Shown in pieces: positions 24,608 to 36,139 of a DNA stretch of 64,000 nt; positions within the stretch are counted from its first letter, which is position 1, and each line of letters opens with the position of its first letter. The position numbers and the translations under genes are program-made. This stretch comes from Toensbergia leucococca. Lineage: Eukaryota. The notes beneath the pieces are model-generated. The model was not told the origin of the DNA. It saw only the letters and a list, made by a program, of their open reading frames with translations, and did no database searches. The stretch lies in the NCBI GenBank assembly GCA_022813965.1, contig JALDZS010000107.1:1-64000 (forward strand). The letters are read 5' to 3'.

Positions 24608-27406
24608 ATGATGCTTTTGAAGATTATTGCATACGTGGTCAGCGCAGTTGTCACGGTCTTCATGGCGAATGAAGCCGGACATATGGCTGGTATATCTTTA
24701 TTCGACACACTGCCGGCACCTGCATTCGAGGTGCCAGCTTTCTTCTATTCAAAGGCGTCTGATACGCCGTCGAAAAAGGAATTCCAACACAATCCTCAAC
24801 GCCTGACGACAGCGGACATTATAATCGACACATCCCTTCCTTCCTCAACTTCGCCTCCCCCGCCGCCTTCTTCTACGTCTTTTCCTTCACTCCCTCCCTC
24901 TCCATTTGCTGCTCCTTCGCGATCTCCTCCTTCCTCGGATATACCTCCATCACTCGCCGAGGAGAAGTTTCTAATCTTCTTCATGGTGTTAAAGCAGATT
25001 ATCCATGGTATCTCTCTACTCTTTCGAAACGCCTTTATACATGTTGAGGGGATCGCGGTCAACTATATTCCCTTTCCACAACTCGACACGAAGAGCGTCG
25101 TAGTCATGGCGGCTGTTGTTCTTTCGATTATATACTGTCTCTGGGTCATTTCCCACTCGATCTCAAAGAGATTTAGTAAGACTTGGGATGAGATTGTCAA
25201 TGAGCTCCGGTCAAAGACCGACTCTCTCAACCAGACCCTCTTGGAACTCGAAGAGCAGAAGGGCAATGTAACCAACCTTGACAAGCGGCTACTGGACCTG
25301 GGCGAAGCACATTCTACCGAGATACTTCGTCTGACAGCTTCCATCTCTGAGCGAAACTCGAAGATCCAAGACCTGGGCGAAGCACATTCTACTGAGATGC
25401 TTCGTCTGACAACCTCCATCTCTGAGCAAAACTCGAAGATCCAAGCCCAGGAAGAAGCACATTCTATTGAGATGCTTCATCTGAAAGGCTCCATTTCTGA
25501 GCGAGACTCGACGATCAACTCCCTGGGCGAGACCGTTTCGGAACTCGAGGAACAGACCAAAGTCGATCAGAAAATCATCGACTTAAACGAGGTACATTCT
25601 ATTGAAAACGCTGGCCTGACTAAGTCCAATTCCGAGTTAGAGCAGAAGGTTCAACGCCTCAAGGAGGATCTAGCTGGTATCAAGGGAGCTCACCACCTTG
25701 AGAAAGACAGACTTTCTGCTTCCGCGTCTGAAGCCAAAAAGGAACGCGGACGAGTCAAGGAAGAATTGGCAAATTTGAAGAAGGCAACTTCCCGCGATAA
25801 GAGTAGCCTCAATACTTCTTTGTCGGAATCGAAGCAGGAAGTTGAGCGTCTTAGGAAGGAGGCGGATGAAGTCAAGAAAGAACATGGCGAAGAAAGCTCT
25901 CGCCTCTGTGCTTCCGTCTTCAGTTTGGAGGAGGATTGTCAACGTCTCAGAAAAGAGGCTTCTGACATCAAGGAAGAACTTAGCGAAGAGAAACGTCGTC
26001 TCGCTGCTTCCGCCTCCGAATCAGAGCAGGCCATCGGACGCCTCCAGAAAGAAATGGCTGATGCTGGAGAAGCACACGCTGAGGAGATACGGCAGCTCAA
26101 TACGTCTGTTTCAGATACCGTTGAGCAAGAGCTCCATGGTATACGCCTGGAACATACTGAGGAGCGACGCCGTCTAGAAGCAGACAACTCTCAACTTCGG
26201 ACAGCGCTTTCCGAACAGAGAGATGTCGCCGCACAAAGGACTAGCGAAGTTGAGAAACTGACGAATAGTATCTCTTCACTTCAATCCTTTGTGGCACAAC
26301 GCGAGTCGGACTTCACAGCCAAGCTTTCACAAGTGGAAGACGAGAGCCGGCAGGCTAAAACCGCCACGGAGACTCTCGAAGCCACTGTGGAATCTCTCCA
26401 TGGAGAGCTTCAGGACCTCCGACAGCATGGAGAGCAGAGCTTGGCCACAATCGAAGGCCACCATGCCGGTAAAGGGCCTGTATTCAGCGTTGTTATCGGG
26501 GCGCAGATCTCTGACGCCGGCTTGGGCGACACAAGCAGCAAGGAAGTAGAGCAGCGCCAGGCCACGTTTGAAGGCCCGCGTGCTGATATAGAACCTGTGT
26601 CTGGAGATGTCACTGGGCGAGGGAGCTTAAGTCGGGAGTCGGAGGGTATGGGCCAGAAGAAGGCTGAGCAGAGCCCGGCCACCATCGAAGGTCCTCGTGC
26701 CAGCACAGACTCTGTCGCAGGCGATCTCATGGAGGCGCGCGCTTCGAGCCGGGAGATGCCGACATTCCGCGAGAAGGATATTCGGGAGTTTATGGCCTAC
26801 GTCCACGACCCCCAGGCCAGCTCAGAACCTGTTCCTGACAACATCTTCGGGGACCATGTCTCAGATGTACAGTTTGTGAACAGGAAGACAGTTGCGAGCC
26901 TTGTCCCTCCCTTGCGACCGCTCTCCCCAGAAGCCCCTCAAGCGCCGACTCCACTACCCTCCTCCTTGGAACATGCTCCATCTTCAACCTCGACGATGAC
27001 ATCAGCCATTCCATTACGGTTCGCGCGACCTAAGGTCCAGGAAAGGGTTTTTACCCCTGAAGAAGAGGAAGCCAGGAGGACAGGCTCCATTGATTCACCG
27101 GCAACCCTGAAGGTCTTATTTCCGGGCCGATCCTCCACCTCTCGAGTCGGTACTACCGCGGTATCCTCGGCTGACGATCAGGCGAACATGGACCTTTCTC
27201 AATCGAGTTGGTCTCGGCCTGGCCCCGGCTCCTCTTCTCAATCCTTTGCAGGCTCAAGCCGTAGTCATGGCAGAGGATTTGGCGAGCCTCCGATGTCAAG
27301 GGGCCCAAACCGACGGAAGAGAAGGGACAGGGCACCGCCGCCTACTGTTTCTCCATTTCTTCAAGGCTTGATGGAAGAAAGCCAAGCTGAAAAGGAAAGG
27401 GAGTAG
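24608..27406 (+). CDS. Intronless 932-aa membrane-anchored repeat coiled-coil protein, unknown function
   Basis: Long uninterrupted ORF with N-terminal hydrophobic segments, ~400 aa of heptad-rich repeats and a Pro/Ser-rich C-terminus. Confidence 0.75.
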   Translation: MMLLKIIAYVVSAVVTVFMANEAGHMAGISLFDTLPAPAFEVPAFFYSKASDTPSKKEFQHNPQRLTTADIIIDTSLPSSTSPPPPPSSTSFPSLPPSPFAAPSRSPPSSDIPPSLAEEKFLIFFMVLKQIIHGISLLFRNAFIHVEGIAVNYIPFPQLDTKSVVVMAAVVLSIIYCLWVISHSISKRFSKTWDEIVNELRSKTDSLNQTLLELEEQKGNVTNLDKRLLDLGEAHSTEILRLTASISERNSKIQDLGEAHSTEMLRLTTSISEQNSKIQAQEEAHSIEMLHLKGSISERDSTINSLGETVSELEEQTKVDQKIIDLNEVHSIENAGLTKSNSELEQKVQRLKEDLAGIKGAHHLEKDRLSASASEAKKERGRVKEELANLKKATSRDKSSLNTSLSESKQEVERLRKEADEVKKEHGEESSRLCASVFSLEEDCQRLRKEASDIKEELSEEKRRLAASASESEQAIGRLQKEMADAGEAHAEEIRQLNTSVSDTVEQELHGIRLEHTEERRRLEADNSQLRTALSEQRDVAAQRTSEVEKLTNSISSLQSFVAQRESDFTAKLSQVEDESRQAKTATETLEATVESLHGELQDLRQHGEQSLATIEGHHAGKGPVFSVVIGAQISDAGLGDTSSKEVEQRQATFEGPRADIEPVSGDVTGRGSLSRESEGMGQKKAEQSPATIEGPRASTDSVAGDLMEARASSREMPTFREKDIREFMAYVHDPQASSEPVPDNIFGDHVSDVQFVNRKTVASLVPPLRPLSPEAPQAPTPLPSSLEHAPSSTSTMTSAIPLRFARPKVQERVFTPEEEEARRTGSIDSPATLKVLFPGRSSTSRVGTTAVSSADDQANMDLSQSSWSRPGPGSSSQSFAGSSRSHGRGFGEPPMSRGPNRRKRRDRAPPPTVSPFLQGLMEESQAEKERE
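25290..25530 (+). repeat. Three 75-bp (25-aa) coding tandem repeats
   Basis: GACCTGGGCGAAGCACATTCTAC.GAGAT.CTTCGTCTGACA.C.TCCATCTCTGAGC.AAACTCGAAGATCCAA recurs with 75-nt spacing (DLGEAHSTExLRLTxSISExNSKIQ). Confidence 0.85.
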
Positions 27407-29494
27407 AGGATGCCTTTCGGTAGGTAAAGGAGTCGTCGGCACGGAGGGAGTTCGGCGAATTAGGTCGAGAGCAAAAGTGGGAATGAGATCATCTCGACCT
27501 CTAGAGGAGACAGTTATCGAGGCAAGTGCGTCGTTGGACAGGCCAGCCAGCAACTAGGCGACCGAGATCCCGGGAACGAATGAAGGTTTCGGTGATTTTC
27601 TACAAAATACCCAAACCGGTTCCTGCCCTTCTCGAAACACTACTCGAGTGTCCACCACGGCATTGTGCGAACGAGAGAGAGATATATAGGCGCGTGTGAT
27701 GCCTTCCTGGTTTGGAGCTGACAATCGTTACCGCTTGCGTTGAGAGGAGAAGAGTATTTACTGAGATCCTTTTGGGTTCGTTTGGTGTGGATGTGAGAAA
27801 GCGGCAAGATTATGGACGACGGACGGACTTCATGGACGGGGATGGGAGGATGATACGAGCTTTCTCCAGAACAACAAAAGCCGAACAGAAAACGAAGAGA
27901 AAAAAAACAAAAAAACAAAAGTCCCAGGTTGATCCGCACACCAAACATAGCTGGATCCCCGGGACCAACCTCCACCCGCGCCCCCGCCACATCCCCCCCC
28001 GAAAATGAGAACGTGGATGTGATTTCGACGGAAAGGGAGGAAAGGAAAGGGAAGGGAAGGAAAGGAAAGGAAAGGAAGCGCAACGAAAAGCGAGCGGACA
28101 CGCTATCCGAGGTTCGATCCGCACCTCAAACAAGCTGGAACGCCTAGGATTAGCTGTGTCGGAAGCTCGCGGTGATGGGAGGGGTGTGAATGGTTGGAGA
28201 GTGAGGGAGTGGGGGGGATGGGGAGACTTTTCTTGGTGTTTTTTTCCACTTTTGCAAAGGGGGGGGATATGTGAAGGGAGTTTTTTGTCATTCTAGGGGT
28301 TTTTTTTGGTAGGTACACTAGAATTTACAACAACAGTATCTCTTTTTTAGAGTTCTAGGGCAAAAAAGTTGGGGGAGTTCTTGAGTTGTGAATGACTTTG
28401 TTCTTCTTAACGAATCTAGTGTTTTTTTTTCTCTCTAAAAAAAAGCCAAGGCCGCAACGCAACCTATTTCCAGGTCCCCCTTGGTTGTTAAAGGAGGAGA
28501 ATCCAGATTCGCTCGCCCTTGATTTGGAGTGTGTTTTATAAAAAAACACGGGACTGTGATTGTTTATCCGTCTTTTTCGAGATCGTTGTGGATATCGAAC
28601 TTAGATGTTTGTGCTTTATATTTACTGGGCAGGTGAAACATCACTACCATAAATCCATTTTCAGCTATCAAACATGGGGCTTGTTGTGCAACCTGAAAGA
28701 AAATATCGATTTTGTTTCATCTTTCCTGGCTGGTTGAAGGTGCTTGCTGCACCGCCACCACCACCGCCATTTCCCTATCCGACAGCACCGTACACCAAGA
28801 TCACATCGAGATGGAACCCAGCGAGGAGTACAAGGCCTCGTTCCATTTACTAGGCTGTTTCTAACCCCCTTTTCGTCTGCTGAGGCAAGCAGTGCTGGGA
28901 AGGGAAATGGTGCCACTGGCGCGCAGTCCAGGATACCGAAGGGTCACGAGGTGGAGTCCTAGGGACTGGTCTTTCATACACGAGGAGCTTCCACTCCCTC
29001 CTAGAATCTTCACCCCCTCCCTTTCATTCTCTCAACGAACTTACCATGCTCTCTCCTTTCTTGGTCGGCATCACCCACACTCAGTAGACGCGTATCCAAA
29101 ACCTCTGGCCAACATTGTAAAGGCCATAGGTATGAGATGACGCTACGGTGGACGCGGCTAGACGTTGCTGCTTGGATGAAGGAGGGTTGGGGTGGTTGAG
29201 TCTTGGTCTGGAGGTGTTACGCGGATTGGGGTAATCTGGGGTGAGGGTAGATGAAGTTGAGACGGGTAGCGACTGAGAAGGAGGGGGAGGAAGCGGTGCA
29301 TGAAGTCGAAGATGATATTCGAGAACCTTAGATCGGAAGGGGGCAAGGTCGGCTGGATAACAGAGGAGACCAAATGGGATTCCTGGGCGGGCTGCGGGAG
29401 CTTGTAGCCTGGCTGTCTGTTGTGATGGCGAGTTCGAGGGCGACCATGACCATGGAACGCCACCCGTCAAAGTCATGGTCTTCCACGCTTGCCC

Positions 29495-30131
29495 TCACCC
29501 ATTCCGACTCGTCATCGGCGATAGTGGATCCCCAATCCCCCACTCACCTTCGCCCCCACTCTCCCCACTCTCCCCACTCTCCCCCAATCCCCCACCATGC
29601 ACCCTCTCCCCAACCGCCCCATCCCTATTCGCCCTCCAAACTCCCCCCTGCTCCCCCCCAAATTCCTCCAACTTCCATACCTCAACCTTAGCCTTAACCT
29701 CTTCCAATGCTTCCTCCCCAGCCCTCCATGCTGCCTGCCGATGGGGCGCCGATACGGCGATCAGGATACTTTCTTCGCCGATGGGGACGATGCCCAGGCG
29801 GTGGGTCATGGCTATGGCTGTGAGGGAGTGTTTTTCTTTCATAGACGTGGCGATGGCGAGGAGGGTTTTGAGGGCGAGCGGGGCATAGGAGGTGTATTTT
29901 AATTGGAGGACTGGGAGGGAGTTGAAGGTGTCGCGGGTGGTGCCTTTATGATTAGTGGGATTGTTGTTTGGGGAGGGAATAGGAGAGATTACCGGCGAAG
30001 AGGACGATGGCGCCAGCTTTGGGCGATTTGACGTGGGAGAGGGTTACAGGGATTGAGAGAGGGGTGTAGTCTAGGGAGACGTAGATTGAGGGGGCGGTGA
30101 GCTCGAGCGTGGAGGGCGGAGGGGATGTCAT
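29495..30131 (-). CDS. cnxH: Molybdopterin synthase catalytic (large) subunit, MOCS2B/MoaE
   Basis: [13 protein letters not shown] | [54 protein letters not shown]. Confidence 0.92.
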
Positions 30132-30511
30132 GACGAGGTTAGGGTTGAGTGGGTTGCTGATTACATTTTTGGGCGAGTTCTTTGACAAGGAGTAAGGGTT
30201 ATTGAGGGCAACGGTGGCACTGTTCGTGTTGACTGGTTGTTTATACAGAATGATAGATGTCAAACATCTTCTCGCTACAAAGAGGACAATGGGGGCTCGA
30301 GAGGGGTTAGCGTACAGAGCATAGGTACCTACGGTACCTATGCAACATAAGAAAATTAGAAAAGTCATTTCATTCCTAATATAAATAGAGAGCACGATAT
30401 AATCTTCGATCCCTAGTCTCTTCTCTTTTTGTTGTCTTACATATTACGCTACATGATTTCAGTTCCGCCATCTGGAATTACATGAAATAACGCCGACAAC
30501 GATTCTTTCGA

Positions 30512-31604
30512 TCATATGCCAAGGTTTCTGTTCGCCAGGTATAAATGCGAACGCCAATCAAATGAGAATGGTATGACCTCGATCATCAAAGAAGGTAGAC
30601 TCATCACTATGAGAGCGCCAGCAGCTGCTAACATCGAAATGGAGCTGGGGTAGATCGCAGCGGCAGATGCAACGGTCGAAGCTGTGGCCGAAATATGAGA
30701 AGCGCTGCTGGTGGAAGAGGTCGTGCCTTTAGTGGAAGAAAAACTAGCCGAAGAAGCCGTAGCCCGAGATGAAGTAGTGGGTGACGAAGAACCTGGTGAA
30801 GAACTAGTGGGAGACGAAGCACCAACAGCCGAAGTAGTGGAAGAAGAACTAGCCATGGACGTAGCGACAGCCAAAGAGTTGGCTTGGGAAAGGGATGAGC
30901 TACTAGCAGCAGCTGTTGCAGAAGAGTTTCCACTGTCATCACCATCCGACGGCTCAGGTGTCACGCCTGGACATTGAAGCATGCAATTATAGGCATTGTC
31001 GTTTGCAGACTCCGAGTCGCCGACATCATCTGGATTAATACTTCTGCATGCATTGCCTCGCACAATCATAAGCCGTGCAGGGAATCGAGTCGGCGTCGCC
31101 TATACTGTGACCTGAGAGTTCGTATTGAGACCACTGACCGGCGCCTCCAGTAAAGTTAAAGCCATCGGAATATTGGAAGCCACTCGGTCTGTCTCTACTT
31201 GGGTCCGAATTCATCTCGATGGTGGAGATGGAGTAATAGCTACCAGAAGGGCCGACAGTAGCAGGAATAGTGACTGTAAAGTCTGTAGTACTTATCGAGG
31301 ATGAACTCACGAGCGTACCTGTCCGAAAGGGAAATTGTGAGTACAACTTATCGTAACGAAGAAAGACAGAAATTTCAGACTCACACGAAGGCCCCGATCC
31401 CCATCCTGGAACGGTGATGGCGAGATACACTCTATAGGAATCAAATCCGGCGTCAAACGAGTTTGAAGTAGAGAGATCATTGTCAATGTGAACTCCAAAG
31501 GGCAAACTAGCGGTGGCAGTGGAGTTGGTTTCGATATCATTGAAAGCTCGGCCGGTGGGAGCGAAGGAGATGCAGAGCACAAAAGTCAATAGTGGAAGAA
31601 ACAT
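30512..31604 (-). CDS. Secreted Ser/Thr-rich, probably GPI-anchored cell-wall protein, with an apparent 1-nt frameshift near 31036
   Basis: Signal peptide MFLPLLTFVLCISFA, FTVTIPATVGPSGSYYSI, Cys region PCTAYDCARQC..AYNCMLQC, Ser-rich stalk and hydrophobic tail. Frame break at TATTAATCCA. Confidence 0.7.
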
Positions 31605-32435
31605 GATCGATCAACTTGTGACTCTTTTACTAGGTCGCGAAGAGCTAAAAAGCAAGAAGAACAAGATGAATATAGAGAATGACACACTCAAAGTGCGCAG
31701 GGACGTGCAAAGAGACAAACTAAAGCACTGCAAGTAGCCCAGTTGATATACGACTTTTAGCCACTTCTCTCAAGTTAACATGGTAAAATAAGTAAGAGAG
31801 TTGGAAGCACCGGCATTCTCCAGAATGTCTATCAATACAGAAGCGTCAAGTCCTCGAGTAGGCCGACACGATGTTTCTTTGTTCTTGAAAGACCAGTTGC
31901 CAAGCAGCCAATTTCGGCTTCGTGTACGAAGTAAGACTGCACAGCCTCAAATGCTTGACAATCATCACCACGCTTGAAGTGTTGGAAAGCGGCCTGATGG
32001 CAAAACGTGTTCATCACAACAGAGGGGCTTTCTTCAATGTCGTTTGGAACCCAGGGGAAGTGCTCTTCGACATTTTCGAGCGATTACCTACAGAGCACAG
32101 AGATTACTGAGAAGGCTAAGCTAACTACCGAGTAGCCCCAGCCCTAAAGTAAGGTACCCGGTACGGATACGGAGCCCTGGAGCTGATCTCCTAATCTAGA
32201 GATAGGAGCGTACGAGGCAGCGAGGGTACAAAGACCCGAGACATGAAAATCAATCCTTGTTCACACTGGTCACCGGCCATTGCTGTTGTCTTGGTGCTTC
32301 AGAACGCCAAATGTGAGAATTAAGACCCAGTTCGAGCCCCTGATTTAGCTACGAAACATAGCAGCGAAGTGATTGAACGCTTTAGATTCTTCCGTCACAT
32401 CTAGTCGTTGCCCTAATCCTACAATTAATTCTACA

Positions 32436-34631
32436 TTATTCCTCACCCGCCAGCCTCCAAGCCCTCAACGGCAATCTCTGCAGCTTCATGGCTGCCGGCC
32501 GAATATACCCCCAAAACGTCACTACCCCGATAAGCACACACACGATATTAGTAATGTAGTACCCGTCGCGTGATATGTCACAGCTGCCGGCCCCGTCGAC
32601 GCATCGATGTTTTTCGGCCTCTAGGGCGCAGGAAAAATGGGTAGTGATAAGCGCGGATTTGAGGTCCGCTGTAGGAGTATTCGGTGGAGGAGGAGTGCAG
32701 GTCGCGACAGTGAAGACGTCGACAAGTTTGAGAATGAAAAAGCGGGGAAAGGTGCCGCCGAGATTGGCGACGCTGAGGACATGGTTAGTGGACTTGAGGA
32801 GCTCGTACAAGGGAAGAGTGAACCTGGACGTACGTGGCCAGGAGAGTCATGTAAGTGCCTCCGATGACAGGATCTGCAATCTTGGCGTGGAACGCAGAAA
32901 TGGCAACGAACATGACTGTGCTGGAAAATGTCGAGAAAATATGCGATCCAATTACTGTCAAAAGGTACCACGTCTGTACGCCATCTTTCGGGAACATCAT
33001 GACTGTGATCTGCGCCACAACTGCGGCTAATAGTCTTCCTGTGAAGGCCCAGCACCAGACGTGGATGGGTGGGTATATTGTTGACCAGCGCCCAGCGTAG
33101 TAGCCGAGACTGATCTCGAATGGAAAATCAACCAACACAGTCAAAGCCATGTCCTCTTGGCTGAAACCTTTGTCCACGAGTTTGAGATTCGTAACCGCGT
33201 CGTTGGCTTGGAAGCCGATTTTGGCGATTAGGTGGATGATGATGATGCTTTGGATATTTCGGAGTTTAAGTATACCGAGCATGATCTTATAAACATCAAG
33301 GATCCCGTCACGCTCTTTGGTTTTTTCTTCTCGCTTCAGGACTGCCAAGCCGAGCGTTACTATTAGGTATGCCCAGCCCCAGAATGTTAGATAGCCTCCA
33401 AGCGTCATAACGCCTTCTGGGCTTGGGGATGAGCGGAACCATCTGTTGGCGAAGTTAGGAGAATTAAATGCCAGAAAGACAGTGTAGGAGAGAAATTGTC
33501 CAGCTGTGAGGCCCACAGTCTGAGCAGTGGAGGCAAAGGAGAGATTTTGTGGAGAAAGTAACGTAAGAGCCCATCCTGACATTCCATATTAGCATTTGCA
33601 CTGGATTATCCTGGAGCCGATCATTGAGACACACCATCTACGGCGATATCCTGTGTAGCGCACAAGAACACCAGAAAAAACCACCAGCAGGTGAAAGTCC
33701 AAACTCCCGACCCGTCGCTTGCTCCAGCAGCAATCATCATGTCCTTAATTCTGCTGCCCAAGTAAATCATCCCAAAACCAGAAAACATCTGTATTGGCAT
33801 GATCCAGCTCTTCCTCCTGCCCAAGGCAGGACTCCATACTGCATCCACTATCGGACTCCACAGCAATTTCAATGAATATGGGTATGATGCTAGCGTAAAC
33901 ACTCCAATCTGCCCATATGATAGGTGCGACTTCAGGAGAAAGGGGACAGAACCTGCTGCGAGTCCCATAGGTATGCCTTGAAGAAAGTATAAAAGCACAA
34001 GGAGCAAGAAATTGCTCCGTTCTTGCCTCGGTAAGTCAAAGAAGCTGGCATTTGGGTTGGATACGACTGGTGTAGGAGGTGGTTCATCGTCAAGAGTGAA
34101 GCTCTCTCGACTCATAAGGTGGGCTGTCTGGGAGGCGGCGGTAGGAGAGTCAAAGGAGGGATTCTTTCGCCGCATGTCCGTCTGAGAATTCATATTGCCG
34201 TTTGCGTGGCCGTTAGTGTGGCCGTTTAGACCCCCAGAGCCCGTAGAACTGGGCCGGTCTGGATTCTGTACATGGGGTTTTTGAGGGTTTCGTTGCATCT
34301 GGGAATCGTCCGAATTGTATTCGAGAGAGGAGGGGCGGTCGGACAGTAATTGCTGAGTTTCTTCTGAAAGCCCCGCTGCTGAGACAGAACCCTGTGGAAC
34401 CCTTGACCTAACTTCTGGTATACAGTCTGCAGCTCCTTCTTCGTCGAACTTCTGCGTAGACAGTGTATTCTGAAATTCAATATTTCGAGGTATCTGATCT
34501 ATGGGCTCAAGCTGATCTAATTCAACCTGGTCTGCAGTACGGATACGATAAGAAGGTAGCAAAGGTGCTGTGTTAAAGGCGGTACGCTGTAAGATATTGT
34601 TAGGGATAGAATGACCTGTTGGGGTAGGCAT
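32436..34631 (-). CDS. Acetyl-CoA transporter 1 (AT-1/SLC33A1 family, MFS)
   Basis: LLVLLYFLQGIPMGL, YPYSLKLLWSPIVD, GRRKSWI, ATQDIAVD|GWALTLL, IGGTYMTLLAT and DGYY motifs. Two introns. Exact start Met uncertain. Confidence 0.92.
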
Positions 34632-35007
34632 CCATAAAGTTAGAGGGCGACTCCACTAAAAGATCCTGGGACTCGCTGGCCTCAAGAATTCCTTAGTCAG
34701 AAACGACCTGAATGGAGCGTCAGGGACGTTTCCCAAACGAGTGTGGCTTCTCGGCATTTGCAAGAATGCCAAAGTGTTCGAATGGCGTCACGGCTGTTGT
34801 TGATTGGCAAGCGTATGCCCCGTGTGAAAAGGACACGCTTCATAAAAACGGCATTGAACGTCTTCTACAGTCACGTGAGAGCGTGCTTTTGTGCCTCGCG
34901 TCGACGTCGCGATGCACGAGTAAGGCATCTTTGATCTAATGCCTCCAACTCAACATTTCACTGAAGGAAATGAGCAAATGCGCATTCTTTAACCCTCATC
35001 TATTGTC

Positions 35008-36014
35008 ATGGAAGAAGACACCACTATATCAATCATCGCAGAAACCCAGCCATACGAGGAGAAACTAGACTCGGAGATCACATCCATAAAAGAGCAAAGT
35101 GAACAAACGAATGAAACCTGCATGAATTTAGCAGTCACTAACATCCCTACAGTTGCAGCTCTAAGCCATCGCAGCTCCATCCTCTCCACACACCTCCTAA
35201 CCTCCAAAGCCTCACAGTCCCTTCTTCACCAGTCCCAGCCAAGCAGCAACGGCGTTCGGCCAACCCAACACGAGACCTCGCCCCTACTTTCAGCCCTGGC
35301 CACACGCTCCCGCGCTCAAACTCTACATAATCAGCAGAACCTTCATCGTCTTTGCGCCGGCGTGACGACATTCTCTGTGCGTGATCCTGACCCTCGGGCT
35401 CTAGACAGTGGCAGAATCCTTGGTGTGCGCATTGAGGCTCTCTCCAAGGGTCCGTTCTCCATAAAAAGGCTCAAACTCCAGATCTTTAACGAAACATTCC
35501 AGGCAGTTTCCTCACCCCGTACTATCTGTTCCTTCTACGCCCTCAACCTCTCTCCCCCAATGTCATCATACACCGCCATACAGTTCCTCCTTGCATCCCG
35601 CTTCCCTCTCTAGCAGCTCGATATCTCCCCCCCCCACCTCCACCTCCACCACCATCTTCTCCTGTACCCCAGAAAGGTTCTAAGCCGCAAAATTTGCCGC
35701 GCCTGGTGAAAGAGCTACGGCGCGAGATAGTGGCATACCACAGGCGTAAAGATGCTGTTCAGAAAATACGTGAGGACGCCAGACATGGTGGGGTAAAGGA
35801 GATTGAATCCACCGATGCGGAAGTGAGAGAAGTGAGGATTGAGTGGCAGAATGGTGGGGTTGGAAGACTAAGGTTGGGAAAAGATGGGAAGATCGAGAAG
35901 GTTGTGATATTAGGTTCGAGCGGAAGGAACAAGGAAATAGAGAGAAAACTCATTGCTGAAGACGGTACAGTTAATAGCTTAGGAGACAGATTGAGACAGA
36001 TTGAAGATGTGTGA
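35008..36014 (+). CDS. Kinetochore protein CENP-O/Mcm21
   Basis: NLHRLCAGVTTFSVRDPDP..ILGVRIE | PYYLFL..IHRHTVPPCIPL..YLP..QNLPRLVKELRREIVAYHRR. Confidence 0.8.
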
Positions 36015-36139
36015 TGGAAACACATAATTTGATTTCAACATCACATCGTCGTCCGTCAGCTGCTATGAAAACACCCGTACGACCATTCTTGTTTTGCGTT
36101 GATCGGACACGCTTTTGAAAGGTTGCGTCCAACGACGTT

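Noticed and set aside
28030..28080. GGAAA-type repeat run as a CRISPR or satellite array
   Set aside because: Simple degenerate microsatellite in a noisy region, with no spacers.
24260..29400. Starship or Helitron boundaries around the coiled-coil orphan
   Set aside because: No tyrosine recombinase or RepHel gene and no convincing terminal repeats. The CTAG-T near 24276 lacks a strong subterminal hairpin.
32325..32345. GTTCGAGCCC as a tRNA T-loop
   Set aside because: No acceptor, D or anticodon stems can be formed.
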